From Eledone cirrhosa (lineage: Eukaryota), in contig OZ024741.1 in NCBI GenBank assembly GCA_964016885.1, positions 32,178,001 through 32,242,000 on the forward strand: a stretch of 64,000 nucleotides of DNA. The letters run 5' to 3'. This document shows, one piece after another, positions 1 to 12,276 of this stretch. A program made the position numbers and the translations under genes. The notes under the pieces were generated by a model, which worked only from the letters and a program-made list of their open reading frames with translations, had not been told where the DNA came from and did not search any database. Every line of letters begins with the position of its first letter. The stretch's first letter is position 1.

Positions 1-429
1 TTGTATATATACATGCATTTCTATTTAAGCGTGTAAGGATGTTGATATGATCTATGTCTTCTTTTTTTTTTTGGTAAGGAGAACATTTTTGTCGCTAGAT
101 TGTATTACCTAGGGAGATTAAATAGAACACTTCTGGTTGAAAGCTGACCAGGTTCTCATCTTCATCAAACACTAACGCCGGCCTGTGTGTGTATATAGGT
201 GTGTGTGTGTATGTATGTGTGTGTATGTTCACCACCATTGCTTCTTGTCATTTCTGTTGAAGTAGTCCTTACTTTCATTCTCTTGGATTTCTTTTGATTT
301 TTCTTTTATCTCCTAGGGAATTCGTTGACAAGCTTCTTTAATTTATTTTCTTTGTTTTCTTCATTCAAATAACTGACTGTCTAAGAGACGAACAAATGTG
401 ACTTATAAAACTTACCAAACTAAAGGGGC

Positions 430-566
430 TTCTACCGCCCTCAAAGTTTCAAGCACCCCCTTACTACATAACGCCCTATAACGCCCCTACTGCATAACCC
501 CCCCCCCCCCCCCCTGGAGCTATGAAACGCCCCCGGGGGCATATGCCCCCCCGTTGAGAACCTTTA
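430..566. mobile_element. Terminus of a hAT/Charlie-like DNA transposon
   Basis: GC-rich subterminal palindrome gggggcatatgccccc, then gttgagaaccttta (resembles the reverse complement of the CAGTGGTTCTCAAC-type TIR), followed by gtgtagag matching the NTNTAGAN Charlie-type target pattern. The other end was not found. Confidence 0.4.
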
Positions 567-1377
567 GTGTAGAGTATATGTTTATCTGCGTGGCTGTGTG
601 TGTACGTGTGTGTGTGTGTTTGTATGTACGTGCGTGTATGTGTGTGCGTGCGGGGGGGGGGGGGGGGGGGCAGAAAGCGCTTGCGTATAATTTGTCGGTT
701 TAGTTTAGTGAGAGAGGTAGATGATCTGAGAAACGGGTAGGAGAAGGTATCTTGTAAAGTGTATGTTTATCTGTATAGCTGTGTGTGTATGTGTATTTGT
801 GTTTGTGTGTTTGCGTGTGTGTTTATGTGTGTGTATGTGTGTGTTTGTGTGTATGGGTGTGTGTGTGTGTGTGTGTTTGCAGGGAGCGCTTGCGTATAAT
901 TTGTCGGATGATCTGTTGTTTGTTTGTCGGATGACCAATAAATACTCTCTTACAATTGAAATTGTAAGGCAAACTTAAGCAGAAGACGGAGATGGGCAAT
1001 TGTAAATTAAGAATAAACACGGGAAAATATGGCTCTATATTTAATATATATATATTTTTTCAGCCCTGTCTCTCTACATTATTAATCCACATTATGATGG
1101 TCTCCTAGCCATTAAAATGTTTCTGGACCTCTGTAATACACACGAGCACAACACCATTACTGTCTTCAGCATTACCTAACTCCTTCAACATTTCAACTGC
1201 TTCATTTTTCTGGTGAAAGTTGTCAGATTATTACTGGAATGGTGATGACTTCTATGATAGTGTTCTCAGATAAGTATGGTCGTTGCATCGACCTTACGTA
1301 AATGTATGATTTTTAGAAGTTTTTTTACTTTGAATTGTTCTATAAATATGGTTATCTCTATTGATATTAAGTTGTCG

Positions 1378-1990
1378 TCGTCTTCTTCTTCTTCTTCTTC
1401 TTCTTCTTCTTTTTCTTCTTCTTCTTCTTCTTCTTCTTTTTGCCTATCTATTCCTGAGAGGGTCGTGTGGCAGAGCCCTGAAACACACCCTCCTGCGGGT
1501 CCAGTCAGAAGCAATTGGCTCCAACAGATCCGGCGGGGCCGTCAAGCGAGACTAGTCCAGCTCATTGCTATTATCCAACCCTCTGGCTCGTTGCCTACTT
1601 CTGGGTCTCCTGTTGGTTGGCTTTGACAGTAAAATCTGTCCAGTGACATTCCAACCAAATTCCTATAGCAACGACGACTTTATTAGTCGAATTCTCTATA
1701 CATATGAACGATTCACTTCCTCATTTTGCCCTTGTTATCTGGTCGTAGACATAATTCAAAAGCACCTTCACTAGCGTCACCCTACTCTTAGGTGACTTTC
1801 TTGGAGTCCATTCTGTAGTAGTGTTAGAGTGTAATCTCCGTCTGCAATTATTGAAGATCCTTAAAGATATAATGGACATTGCCATTCTCTAAGCGGAAAA
1901 AACCTGAAAGATCCATCGATGGAAGTTGCGCGAATATTGTATTTGCACATTCTCTTGTACCAAACCTGATATAAATTATTGAATCAATCT
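1378..1990 (-). mobile_element. Decayed 3' end of an RTE LINE with (GAA)n tail
   Basis: Minus strand near 1575-1625 reads PTNRRPRSRQRARGLDN (RTE C-terminal RRPRGRP..RW.D motif); the (TTC)n tract at 1378-1440 is the tail. Confidence 0.55.
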
Positions 1991-2146
1991 TTCGTCTTTG
2001 TATAATAGAACAAATATAGAATAGAATATTTTGATCTGAGACTACATTAAAGTATACTTGCGCCAAATGCCACGTAGTGGGAACTTTCCAAAAACCATTA
2101 AATATTTGAGAATACATTTAAAATACCGTCTGTGTGTTTGTATATG

Positions 2147-2220
<74 letters not shown>

Positions 2221-2713
2221 CCGTCAGTGTGTTTGTATATGTAAGTATATATATATATATAAAAGATTGAAACGAAATTTCATTTCTCACTCTTAGTACG
2301 GCTGATACTTAAATGTAAGTATGTATATGTACATACATATATGTGTACATCGTACAGTAGTATGTATATATATGCATACATGCACACACATATATATGTA
2401 CGTATCGGTTTACCGAACATTTATTATAATTCGGGCTGTTTGTAAACAAACAAACAGCCCGAATTACGACGTACAGTGTTCGATCAACCATCGTCGCCCT
2501 TTTGTTCAACACTGACACAGGAACGATGTACTAATTTCAAGCTTATTAGCTATCGTATGAGTATATTTATCATTATTTAATCACATATCACCATCTGTAT
2601 ATGCATTTTATACAATGTTTAGAATTACTAACATTATAAACATTAAAGACGGTTTAAATCAATAGTTGTCAATAACATATAGGATTAATTAATAGTTATA
2701 TATACAACCTTTG

Positions 2714-2748
<35 letters not shown>

Positions 2749-3014
2749 GGAAAAAATGAAACGAAATTTCATTTCCCACCCTTAGTACGGCTGTTACTTA
2801 AATATAAGTATGTACACGTACATACATATATGCATACAGACGTACTGTAGTGTGTAATATATATATATATACATACATGCACACATATATATATGTACGT
2901 ATGGATTCACCGAACATTTATTATAATGCTCGGTGTGTTTGTAAACAAACATCCCGTATTAAGCCGTAGTGTCCAGCAACCATCGTTGCTCGTTTGTTCA
3001 ACACTAACAAATGA

Positions 3015-3057
3015 ACGTTGTACTAGTTTCAAGCTTATTAGCTATCGTCAGCAACGT
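3015..3057 (-). ncRNA. Type I hammerhead ribozyme (intact core)
   Basis: Minus strand: acgttg CTGACGA t-agct-aata-agct-t GAAA c-ta-g TA caacgt. Stem I is 6 bp, cleavage triplet GUA, palindromic stem III ACTAGT. Confidence 0.8.
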
Positions 3058-3430
3058 ATACCTTCCTGCCAGATTGTTGAACGTATGTACTTACCTTATG
3101 CATATTAACAGCTGAGAAGCCCAATTTGCATATTGAGTGGGTTAATCGGCCGGGTGCACCGAAAACGATAAACGGAAAAAATTAAACGAAATTTCATTTC
3201 CCACTCTTAGTACGGCTGTTACTTAAATATAAGTATGTACACGTACATACATATATGTATACAGACGTACAGTAGTATGTATATATACATACATGCACAC
3301 ATATATATATGTACGTATGGATTCACCGAACATTTATTATAATGCTCGGTGTGTTTGTAAACAAACATCCCGTATTAAGCCGTAGTGTCCAGCAACAATC
3401 GTTGCTCGTTTGTTCAGCACTAACAAAGGA

Positions 3431-3473
3431 ACGCTGTACTAGTTTCAAGCTTATTAGCTATCGTCAGCAACGT
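3431..3473 (-). ncRNA. Type I hammerhead ribozyme (second unit, 416 nt from the first)
   Basis: Same core; stem I acgttg/cagcgt keeps pairing through a G-U wobble. Confidence 0.8.
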
Positions 3474-3647
3474 ATACCTTCCTGCCAGATTGTTGAACGT
3501 ATATACTTACCTTATCCATATTAACAGCTGAGAAGCCCAATTTGCATATCGAGTGGGTTAATCGGCCGGGCGCACCGAAAACGATAAACGGAAAAAATGA
3601 AACGAAATTTCATTTCCCACTCTTAGCCGTACTAAGAGTGGGAAATA

Positions 3648-3753
<106 letters not shown>

Positions 3754-3789
3754 ATGTATATATACATATATATAAAATAAGAATCTCCA

Positions 3790-3832
3790 GTCACTGAAGA
3801 GGTCACAGAATGTGTGACGAAAATACTTTGAC
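3790..3832 (+). ncRNA. Minimal hammerhead ribozyme motif (PLE-type)
   Basis: gtca CTGAAGA g gtcac-agaatgt-gtgac GAAA atac TT tgac, directly after a (TA)n tract. Confidence 0.6.
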
Positions 3833-4043
3833 AATATATGAACAATCGTCCGGTTGTGGAACCAACCAACCACGGGAAATTTATAAATTCCTAAATTTAT
3901 AAATTTAATTTATAATAAATTGAAGTGAAAGCAACTGGTGCGTGTGTTTCTTATTGGCAACATGACCCTACCAAAGCATAACAATATCGGTTTCAACACA
4001 CGTTTACAGATAAAGAATCTTGCTAAAGAAATTCAGAAACGAC

Positions 4044-4157
<114 letters not shown>

Positions 4158-4302
4158 GTATATATATATATGTATGTATATATATATACTTGATCGCATA
4201 AATATCTATATTTGTTAATATTTTGAATTAATATATATCTCTATATATATATATATATTAATTCAAAATATTCACAAATATAGACATTTATGTGATCAAG
4301 TA

Positions 4303-4368
4303 TATTTTATTATATATATTTCAGAGGTACTGACCTATTTCATCAGTACGTTCTCATCAGATAAAATA
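4303..4368 (-). ncRNA. Type I hammerhead ribozyme motif in a Penelope-like terminal remnant
   Basis: Minus strand: tattttat CTGATGA gaac-gtactga..tcagtac-ctct GAAA t-atat-a TA ataaaata. Perfect 8-bp stem I; adjacent inverted duplication at 4187-4302. Confidence 0.65.
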
Positions 4369-4462
4369 AGTTGATGCTTGACATACCTTGACTATGTTGA
4401 TGGTTAAAATTCAGTCATGTGAAACTATATTCATTGATTTATTTATTGAACCTTGTTTAACC

Positions 4463-4516
<54 letters not shown>

Positions 4517-5638
4517 AAAAATGGAGTGCTGCGTGGTTGCGCATGGGTTACATATGAATAAAATTAGTCCTTCACCAGTGATCTTCGAACCTTCATTGGT
4601 ATTTCATCGCTTTAAAAATCATATCATCTTGACTGCAACATCACGTACTGTGTTTCTGTTTTAATCACAACCTAACTCCTTAAGAAAGGAAACACAGTGT
4701 ACTGCAAACACTGTACATTTTAAATTACGTGAAATGCCTTTGATCATAGTTCAAGTCGATACGGACTGGCCTACGGTTAAACAACAACAGTTTGCCTCCG
4801 CTAAAAACAAAAGCTTTTATGCATAGACAGAGGAAACAGAAATAATTTATATGAATCCAATTACTCTTTCAGACAGAATTATTTAAACATTCTTTGTGTA
4901 TGGTCGTGTATATATATATATGCATTTATATATGTATGTATATACTTTTCTTACTATATACGTATGAAGTATGTCGCGTTGTGCAAGACAGAAGATCATG
5001 GAAAGGAGAGCGTATTACTGAGTAGAGATGCCGTCTATGTCAAGAAGAATTATTCTTCAGATGTGTTACTCTCTCTCTCATCTTCTCTCACTCCAACTCT
5101 CTCCCTATCTTCCTTTCTCTAATTCTCCCTCATTTTCTCTTTTTTTTCTTTCTTTATTGCATTAAATTTAAGTGAGCAGGCGTTGTCTGAGAAAATGATG
5201 GATATCCTATTATTGTTTTTAAGAGAATGAAATGAAATGGAGAGAAAATGCTTCCGGTGTCTTGTCACAAGTTGTCATCTTGAGTCTTGCTATACCTTCT
5301 GATACTTGTCAAAATGTCTGACTATGGAAGTCAACATGAACCGATTTCACTCGAAACTAGACGTAACATATCAAGAAAAACTATATTTTTCTCCATAGAT
5401 ACATGAAGTATTATCCCCACCTCCACACAGCTACACAAAGAAACACACACTTTCATGTATATACATACACGCATATATATACATATATATGTGTGTGTGT
5501 ATATATGTGTGTGTATGTGTGTGTGCGTGTATCTGTGCGAGTGTGTGTGTTTGCGTGTGTGTGTGTATGTGTGCGTGTATGTGTTTGTGTCTGTGTGTGT
5601 GCATATATATTTATATATATATATGCATATATACATGT

Positions 5639-5678
<40 letters not shown>

Positions 5679-5778
5679 TTATTTATATATATATAATTAT
5701 ATATTACTCACTCTACTACCCCAAGTATCGAGTACTCTGGCCGGTTAAGGTCTAGCTGGTTTGTACCACTCCCTATCT

Positions 5779-5818
<40 letters not shown>

Positions 5819-6264
5819 GCAGTCGGGGTCCTACTCGTTCCTATTAGCCACTCTACTACCCTAAGTATTGAGTACTTTGGTGCGTTATGGCCCATCTGGT
5901 TCCTTACCATATTTCCTTCGTTATATATATATATATATATATGAAATTGCAGTTGGAGTATTTGAAGATTTGTTGAGATTATTTAATTGTTTAAACTTCC
6001 CTACCAGTTTCACAAAATTCTATTTGTTTTCATTGATTGTGAAAATAAATAAAACAACATAAAACAAATTAGAGCTGCATAATTTTAGTTGTACTTTAGC
6101 AGTTTAAAGTAACATTCGCACATACTGCCTTGCTCTGACATTACCCTGAAACTATTGAAATTTTAATCCTAGCTGCTTCGTATATAATCAAAATAGTTAT
6201 GTCAAGAACTGGATATTGTTTAGAACTAGGAAGCCATATATGTTCAGCTGCCATTATTGATTTT

Positions 6265-6525
6265 TTGCCTTTCATCCTTACGGGATCAATAAAATAAAGT
6301 ACCAGTAATGCACTGGGTAATTGCTGGCCTTGTGCCTAAAGTAGAAACAATTATTGATTTTGCAAACGCCATGCTTTGACGCATAGAGTTATGGCCCTTG
6401 CCATTCTGAGTTCAAATCCCGCGGAGGTTAACTTTGCCTTTCATCCTTACAGGATCGATAAAATAAAGTACCAGTAATGCACTGGATAATTGCTGGCCTT
6501 GTGCCAAAAGTAGTAACAATTATTG
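6265..6525 (+). mobile_element. tRNA-derived SINE, two partial tandem copies
   Basis: B-box gagttcaaatccc; body ttgcctttcatccttac..gataaaataaagtaccagtaatgcactgg..gccttgtgcc..gaaacaatt shared with the other copies in the window. Confidence 0.8.
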
Positions 6526-6804
6526 ATTTTACAAACCCATTAAAAAACAATAAAAATATAGATTTGAATAACGAAATTATAAACAAGATGTTGTTTCAAC
6601 ATGAATTTGTGTTTATATTTCTACTGGTAAGTAAAAAAACCTATTTCCTTTATATGCATATACATAAGGATTATATATCTAGAGACAGATATATATAAAA
6701 TCCGCAGAGCAAATATTTATTAAAATAACAGATTAAAATTAAGCAAAGAATCGCTGCTTTCACCCTTAACGGGATCTTCTGAAACACACACACATATATA
6801 TGTA

Positions 6805-6867
<63 letters not shown>

Positions 6868-6894
6868 TTATATATATATATGTATACATTAAAT

Positions 6895-7500
6895 AAATTC
6901 AAGATACGTCCAATATTCTATCATATATCTCAACACAACCCAAGAAATACGGAAGCTTACAACATTATTCACAAGAACATCCCACTATTGAAACAAGACC
7001 CACGAATGAAAAAAGCCCTTGAAACACAAAATAATGAAAAGCAAAAGACAACTGAAATCACTAAAAACATTACTCACCAATGCCAAATTACCTACCACAA
7101 ACCCACAACCAACTTTCAAAAAATGTAGTCGCTCTAATTGTGGAACCTGCACTCAGCTCATTGAAGGCAACACGTATACATTTCAATCAGGATAACATTT
7201 TGCAGTAAAAAATCACTTCACTTGCTCATCAAAAAATTTGCTTTATGCCATTATATGTAAAGGATTCAATGAAGATTATATAGGATAAACTAAACTCACA
7301 CTCAGAAACAGAATGACAGTTCATCGCCAACAATTACGAGACAGATACCACTAAGTGCACATCTAGATATATGTGTAAGTAATAAGATCCCAAATTCCAA
7401 ATCTTCCCATTTTACCTTTGCACTGACAATACAACAGAACAAATACGAATAAATAAGGAAACTATGTTCATTCAAAAATATAGACCAGCATTAAATATAG
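6895..7500 (+). mobile_element. Penelope-like element remnant (linker and GIY-YIG endonuclease), disrupted
   Basis: Translates to HNPRN..LKQDPRMK..C.RSNCGTC..FTCSSKNLLYAIICKG..EDYIG*T..LRNRMTVHRQQ..KETMFIQKYRPALN. Confidence 0.8.
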
Positions 7501-7974
7501 TTTAATATACATTATGTCAACACCATAATATGCTAACCATCCAAACAGACACGTACATACACACACACATAACACCTATTTTCGAAAATAAAAACCAGAG
7601 CTAAATAGACTTTACCATACGTTAATACTCTTACACCTTAACATGCTTAGCACACCTCTCCCACAAACACATAACTCCCTCCCTCATTTCTACTAAGGGA
7701 ATCATTTTCCTACACACACACACAAAAATATATATATTCTCTCCATCTTAACATCCTAACCATACTCCCACACACACATACACACACACACACATATAAC
7801 ACCCATACACACACATATATAACAGCCATACACACAGACAACTCCCTCCCCATTTCTACTAATATAATCATCTTCCCCCCCACACACACACACCAGCACA
7901 CAAATAAATATGCGTATCTCTACTTGCTTTATTTAAATAGAAAGTCTGAATTTGGACACCCCAGCACACCAGCC

Positions 7975-8580
7975 CTATTCACTGAACCAGAACAATTCTC
8001 CCCATCCCGTTTTTCTTGACCATTATCTTTTGTTTGGCACAACATTCTCTAAATGGCTACAAAAGAAATTCCCAAATACGGGGGCGAAATTTAATGTACT
8101 TGTTCACGTGACAGTCATAAATTCATTTTTAACCAATCAAATTACATTTCAGCAATCAGTCATACTCACTGAACCAGAACAACTCTCTCCATCCCTTTTT
8201 CTTGACCATTATCTTTTGTTTGGCACAAAATTCTCTAAATGGCTACAAAAACATTCCAGAATACGGGCCCGAAATTTAATGTACTTGTTCACGTGACAGT
8301 CATAATTTCATTTATAACCAATCAAATTACATTTATTAAAAAAGCCTTCGTGAGCCACTTTTTTAAGTAAAAAGAAATTCAAACACAAACTGGCGCGAAA
8401 TCTGATGTGCTTATTCACGTGACTGCATCAACCAAACATCACTCATATATGAAAGAACAATCTGAGCCCCTCTTTTTTTGAAGGCAAATATAATAAGAAC
8501 TTTGTAACGCGAACTGGCGCGAAATGTATTATACTTATTCACATGACAGTCATCAACCGACCAAACTACTTCTCTAAAAA
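7975..8580. repeat. Diverged tandem repeat (two ~187-bp units, then shorter diverged units)
   Basis: Direct repeat at 7977 and 8165; core gcgaaa-N15-cacgtgac recurs near 8084, 8269, 8395 and 8519. Confidence 0.75.
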
Positions 8581-8778
8581 CATAGCATTTCGAGCCACTT
8601 TTTTCCATATAAACCAGGAGTAACATTCAAACACCAACCAGATGTGAGAAAAACCACAAACCCTCCATCCCAGTTCTACTTTTGAAAAGCACAAGAACTG
8701 CGAAACCGGCAAAGGAACCAAATAAATATATTTAAACAAAAAGACTCCAGTTGCATTTTCGATTTCACCCTTTTTCTT

Positions 8779-8872
<94 letters not shown>

Positions 8873-8984
8873 GTATATATATATATATATATATAAGCAA
8901 AAGGGATATTCAATTTGTTGGTAATTCAACAAATATAAATGTTTATAACTGATTCAAAGCACTCGACAAGTTTTATGGAGTATA

Positions 8985-9224
8985 ATATTCAATGATATTA
9001 AATAAATGGAAACTCTATTTATAAAACTTTATTTATTCTATTATATATATTTCCAGGCTACCAACATTTTTGGTACGCTCTCATCAGAAAAAATACAAAG
9101 TTTGTTTTATAAATATTGACATAACCAGAAAAAAATACCTTAACGTTTCAAGTTTTGGCACCCTTGAAATATATATAATAGAATAAATATGGTTTTATAA
9201 ATATAGTTTCCATTTATTTAATAT

Positions 9225-9230
<6 letters not shown>
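8985..9230 (-). mobile_element. PLE terminal remnant with degenerate HHR and inverted duplication
   Basis: Inverted arms 8985-9057 and 9162-9230; minus strand CTGATGA gagcgtaccaa..ttggtagcctg GAAA tatataTA, related to the 4303 motif. Confidence 0.55.
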
Positions 9231-9300
<70 letters not shown>

Positions 9301-9304
<4 letters not shown>

Positions 9305-10430
9305 ATTAGTTAAGCAAAACATTTCACAAGGAAGACATTATTAAAAGATTGTCAACATATTTTAGCTTGATGTAAGGAATGTAGAGAATAATAATAATAT
9401 TAATAATAATAATGTCCGTTTACAATTGTTTCGCTACTCCATATAATATTTCTGGATCAGATGACTATATATCATAGTTAATCTGATTCAGTTGAAAATA
9501 ATTAACATATTTAAAAAACAGAGTGGCTCATCGGAACTTAAAAGGAATATAAATTAAAATAATGGGATAATGTTACATAATATAATGTTCCATATATTGG
9601 TTTATACTATGGTGTCTTAGTTGCATCAGCTGTCAGCCATAATCAAGCAGTATTCATCTGTCGAGGCTGCATTGTGTGAGATCTGCCTATGGGTAACAAG
9701 ATGGCTGCAAAACGGCATATTTACCTTACTAATTAGAGGGTGGTTTCAGGGGAAGTAACTTCTCGAGAGATTAGAGATTGTGAGTATTTATAGTTAAGTG
9801 CAAGTTTTTAAATTTTTTAATTGAGAGACAATGTAGGGGAGGTAACTTATAATTATCGAGTTGTTCATAGCAATTTAATTTATTAGCTACAAGTAGAAAT
9901 GGGGCTACATGACTAAGTTGGGTCAAAAATTCTATTGGCGAAGGAATTAGCCCTTCGATGTTGACAGCTAATTGTTACCTCCGTTCTATCGTTAATCGGT
10001 AGAGGTCGTGATAGAGTTATGTAATATGCTTCCGTAACACAGAGATCACAAGATTTTCTTCGTCCATTGAACAGTTGGGCCCTAGCCACGATATCTCATT
10101 TTAGTGAGTATTGAACGTTGTTTAATTTAAGGTTTTTAATGAGCCTAGCTAACGATGTTGAACATCTGTTGCTAGGGTCTCGGAAGGAAAAAGAGTGTTT
10201 TTTTAAATATGTTAATTATTTGCAACTGAACCAGATCAATTATGATATATAGTCATCTGATCCAGAAATATTATATGGAGTAGCAAAACAATTGTAAACG
10301 GACATTATTATTATTAATATTATTATTATTATTCTCTACATTCCTTACATCAAACTAAAATATGTTGACAATGTTTTAATAATGTCTTCCTTGTGAAGTT
10401 TGTGGTCTTGTTTTGCTTAACTAATGAATA
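9301..10430 (-). mobile_element. 5'-truncated Penelope-like element with inverted pseudo-LTR
   Basis: Minus strand 9955-10195 gives HSFSFRD..STSLARLIKNLK..YSLK*DIVARA..KSCDLCVTE..INDRTEV..SCQHRR (GIY-YIG C-terminal half). ~220-bp inverted arms at 9301-9520 and 10195-10428. Confidence 0.8.
9418..9537 (-). ncRNA. Hammerhead ribozyme motif with long stem II extension (core U4 mutated)
   Basis: gtt CCGATGA gccactc [81 nt] gagtagc GAAA c-aatt-g TA aac. Confidence 0.55.
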
Positions 10431-10606
10431 TTTCCAGCTCTGCGCACCTAACTTCTGCATGAACCCAGCCACCTAGCTGCTTTTTACTGCATATTGCACA
10501 TTGAGCACATGCCTTTACGCTTCGTCTTCAAACTAACTCACAAATCTCTCCTCTCATATCTCCTCTACTATCTCCATCTCTCTCTTTAAGATTGGTTACT
10601 CTTGAA

Positions 10607-10660
<54 letters not shown>

Positions 10661-10662
10661 TA

Positions 10663-11098
10663 TGTCAGGTCGCTCTAGGAGTGCTACTGGTAACCCAATA
10701 CAATCTGTCTCATGGTCGGGACGTCGACGACTAAACCGGCAATACAACCAAGCTTGCTTGGTAAGGAGGGTGATATTTGGACCCCCTGCAGGATGAAATA
10801 TAAGACCCGGCAAAGGGCGGAGAAACTGAGCAGAGTCATCGGCCATCCAATTAGTGTCTTTTTTCTTTTTTTTATATGGAGAGGTTAAACCCCGAGGCAT
10901 AAAAAGCTGACGGCTGTCGTTGTATTTTCCGTGGCAAACATTTGCACCGAAGATGTGTGTCGCCAAGTCCAAATGTGTGGTTGGTCCTACACAAGCCTTC
11001 CTCACTTAAAACGATAACTTTGTGTGGGTAATTCAACATCAGTTCACTTTCAGTCATTTAACATTTGTTGGACACTCATACGTCGGATATCGACGGGA
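10663..11098 (+). mobile_element. Old diverged RTE-derived short element (same 5' head as the 53916 family)
   Basis: gtcaggtc..gtgctactggtaac..tgtctcatggtcggg..cgactaaaccggcaa..ggagggtgatatttggacccc..ggccatccaa aligns with the copies at 47239, 53916 and 59417. Confidence 0.7.
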
Positions 11099-11116
11099 GA
11101 GTCCATCATATATATA

Positions 11117-11171
<55 letters not shown>

Positions 11172-11184
11172 AGAGAGAGTGAGA

Positions 11185-12215
11185 GAAGTAGTAACACAAC
11201 AGTTAGTTCACCACACCGAGAACAATTGTTTCACCTTAGCGGATCTTCCACTCGTACTGGTAACAAATCGTAACAATAGACAAACTATGTGGTTCTCTCC
11301 TCCCTTCTCATTCAACCTTAAAACTAATGTAGAAAAACATTTTTCATCCCTCTTAATAGACACTTTCCCATAGGTCACAAATACCGCTCCATCTTTAACA
11401 GACACAGAGCAAAACTAGGATATACTTGCGCTAAGAATATGAAGGCCTACATCACCAACAGCCCTAAGACTGGCACCCAAAAAGCCTGAAGCTTGTCTTC
11501 TTCAACAGCAATGCAACACATCCACTGTAGTTTATGAAGCTGTGGTCACTTCCAACCGACCAAATCAACCACAAGTGATCAAATCACATGTGGGTATGGC
11601 GGAGGGCCGAAATAAGTAAGGCATCCTGAACCATCAGTCGACCATTAGGTACCAGAACAAACGATCATCCACGAAACTCGCGAGCCACGTATGGTCTCTC
11701 AAGGACTCTGGTATAGACTACGCCATTCAATGGAAAACCATCACTAGGTCCAAGCCATACACACGGGGCAATCCATCTTGTGGACTGTGTATTGAAGAAA
11801 GGATAAATATTCTAAAAAATTACGCAATAGCGATTGCCTAAATCAATAAATGAAATCTTCTCACTTTGTCCACATATCTGGAAAATACCTCTTGCATAAC
11901 TACAAAGCTCCGGATTGAATAACAACAACATTCTAATTTTCTAATCAACTCGAACACCTTTTCCGGACTTTCGCAGTTATCTCCCTTACACCTTTCGCCC
12001 GAGACTTTGTATCACATGGGTGAAGTGACCGTTTCTGCGCATGCGCGATCATATGGTTGTGCTTCCTGTTCCGTATAACCATGGCCAGTACGAGCTGAAG
12101 ATCCGCTAAGGGGAATCAATTGATCTCGGTATGGTGAACTAATTGTTGTGTTACTACTTCTATCAAACTCGTCCTATGGACTGAGTGCTCTACCACTACG
12201 GATATTACCTTCTAG
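11185..12215 (+). mobile_element. 5'-truncated Penelope-like element with HHR-bearing pseudo-LTR and inverted pLTR at the 5' end
   Basis: WFSPPFSFNLKTNV..HFP..IFNR..; KSHVGMAEG..NHQS..STKLASHVWSLKD..IQWK..CGLCIEERI. The pLTR at 12085-12160 is inverted at 11185-11260. Confidence 0.85.
12091..12128 (+). ncRNA. Minimal hammerhead ribozyme in PLE pLTR (mutated; inverted sister copy near 11217-11255)
   Basis: Consensus of the two copies: cgag CTGAAGA t-cc-gctaa-gg-t GAAA c-aatt-g TT ctcg. Confidence 0.65.
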
Positions 12216-12239
12216 AGTTCTATCTATCTCTCTCTCATT

Positions 12240-12276
<37 letters not shown>

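Larger units (their letters stand above)
2266..3645 (-). repeat. Tandem ~416-bp non-coding repeat carrying hammerhead ribozymes (retrozyme-like or PLE pseudo-LTR array)
   Basis: Units start at 2745, 3170 and 3586 (aaacggaaaaaa), with a partial unit at 2266-2556 and a terminal fold-back at 3612-3645. Another copy lies at 40655-41095. Confidence 0.85.

Noticed and set aside
4660-4790. 3' part of a second cephalopod SINE family (also 43920-43975)
   Set aside because: Recognised from memory only, too decayed, and the two fragments barely overlap, so it cannot be supported from this window.
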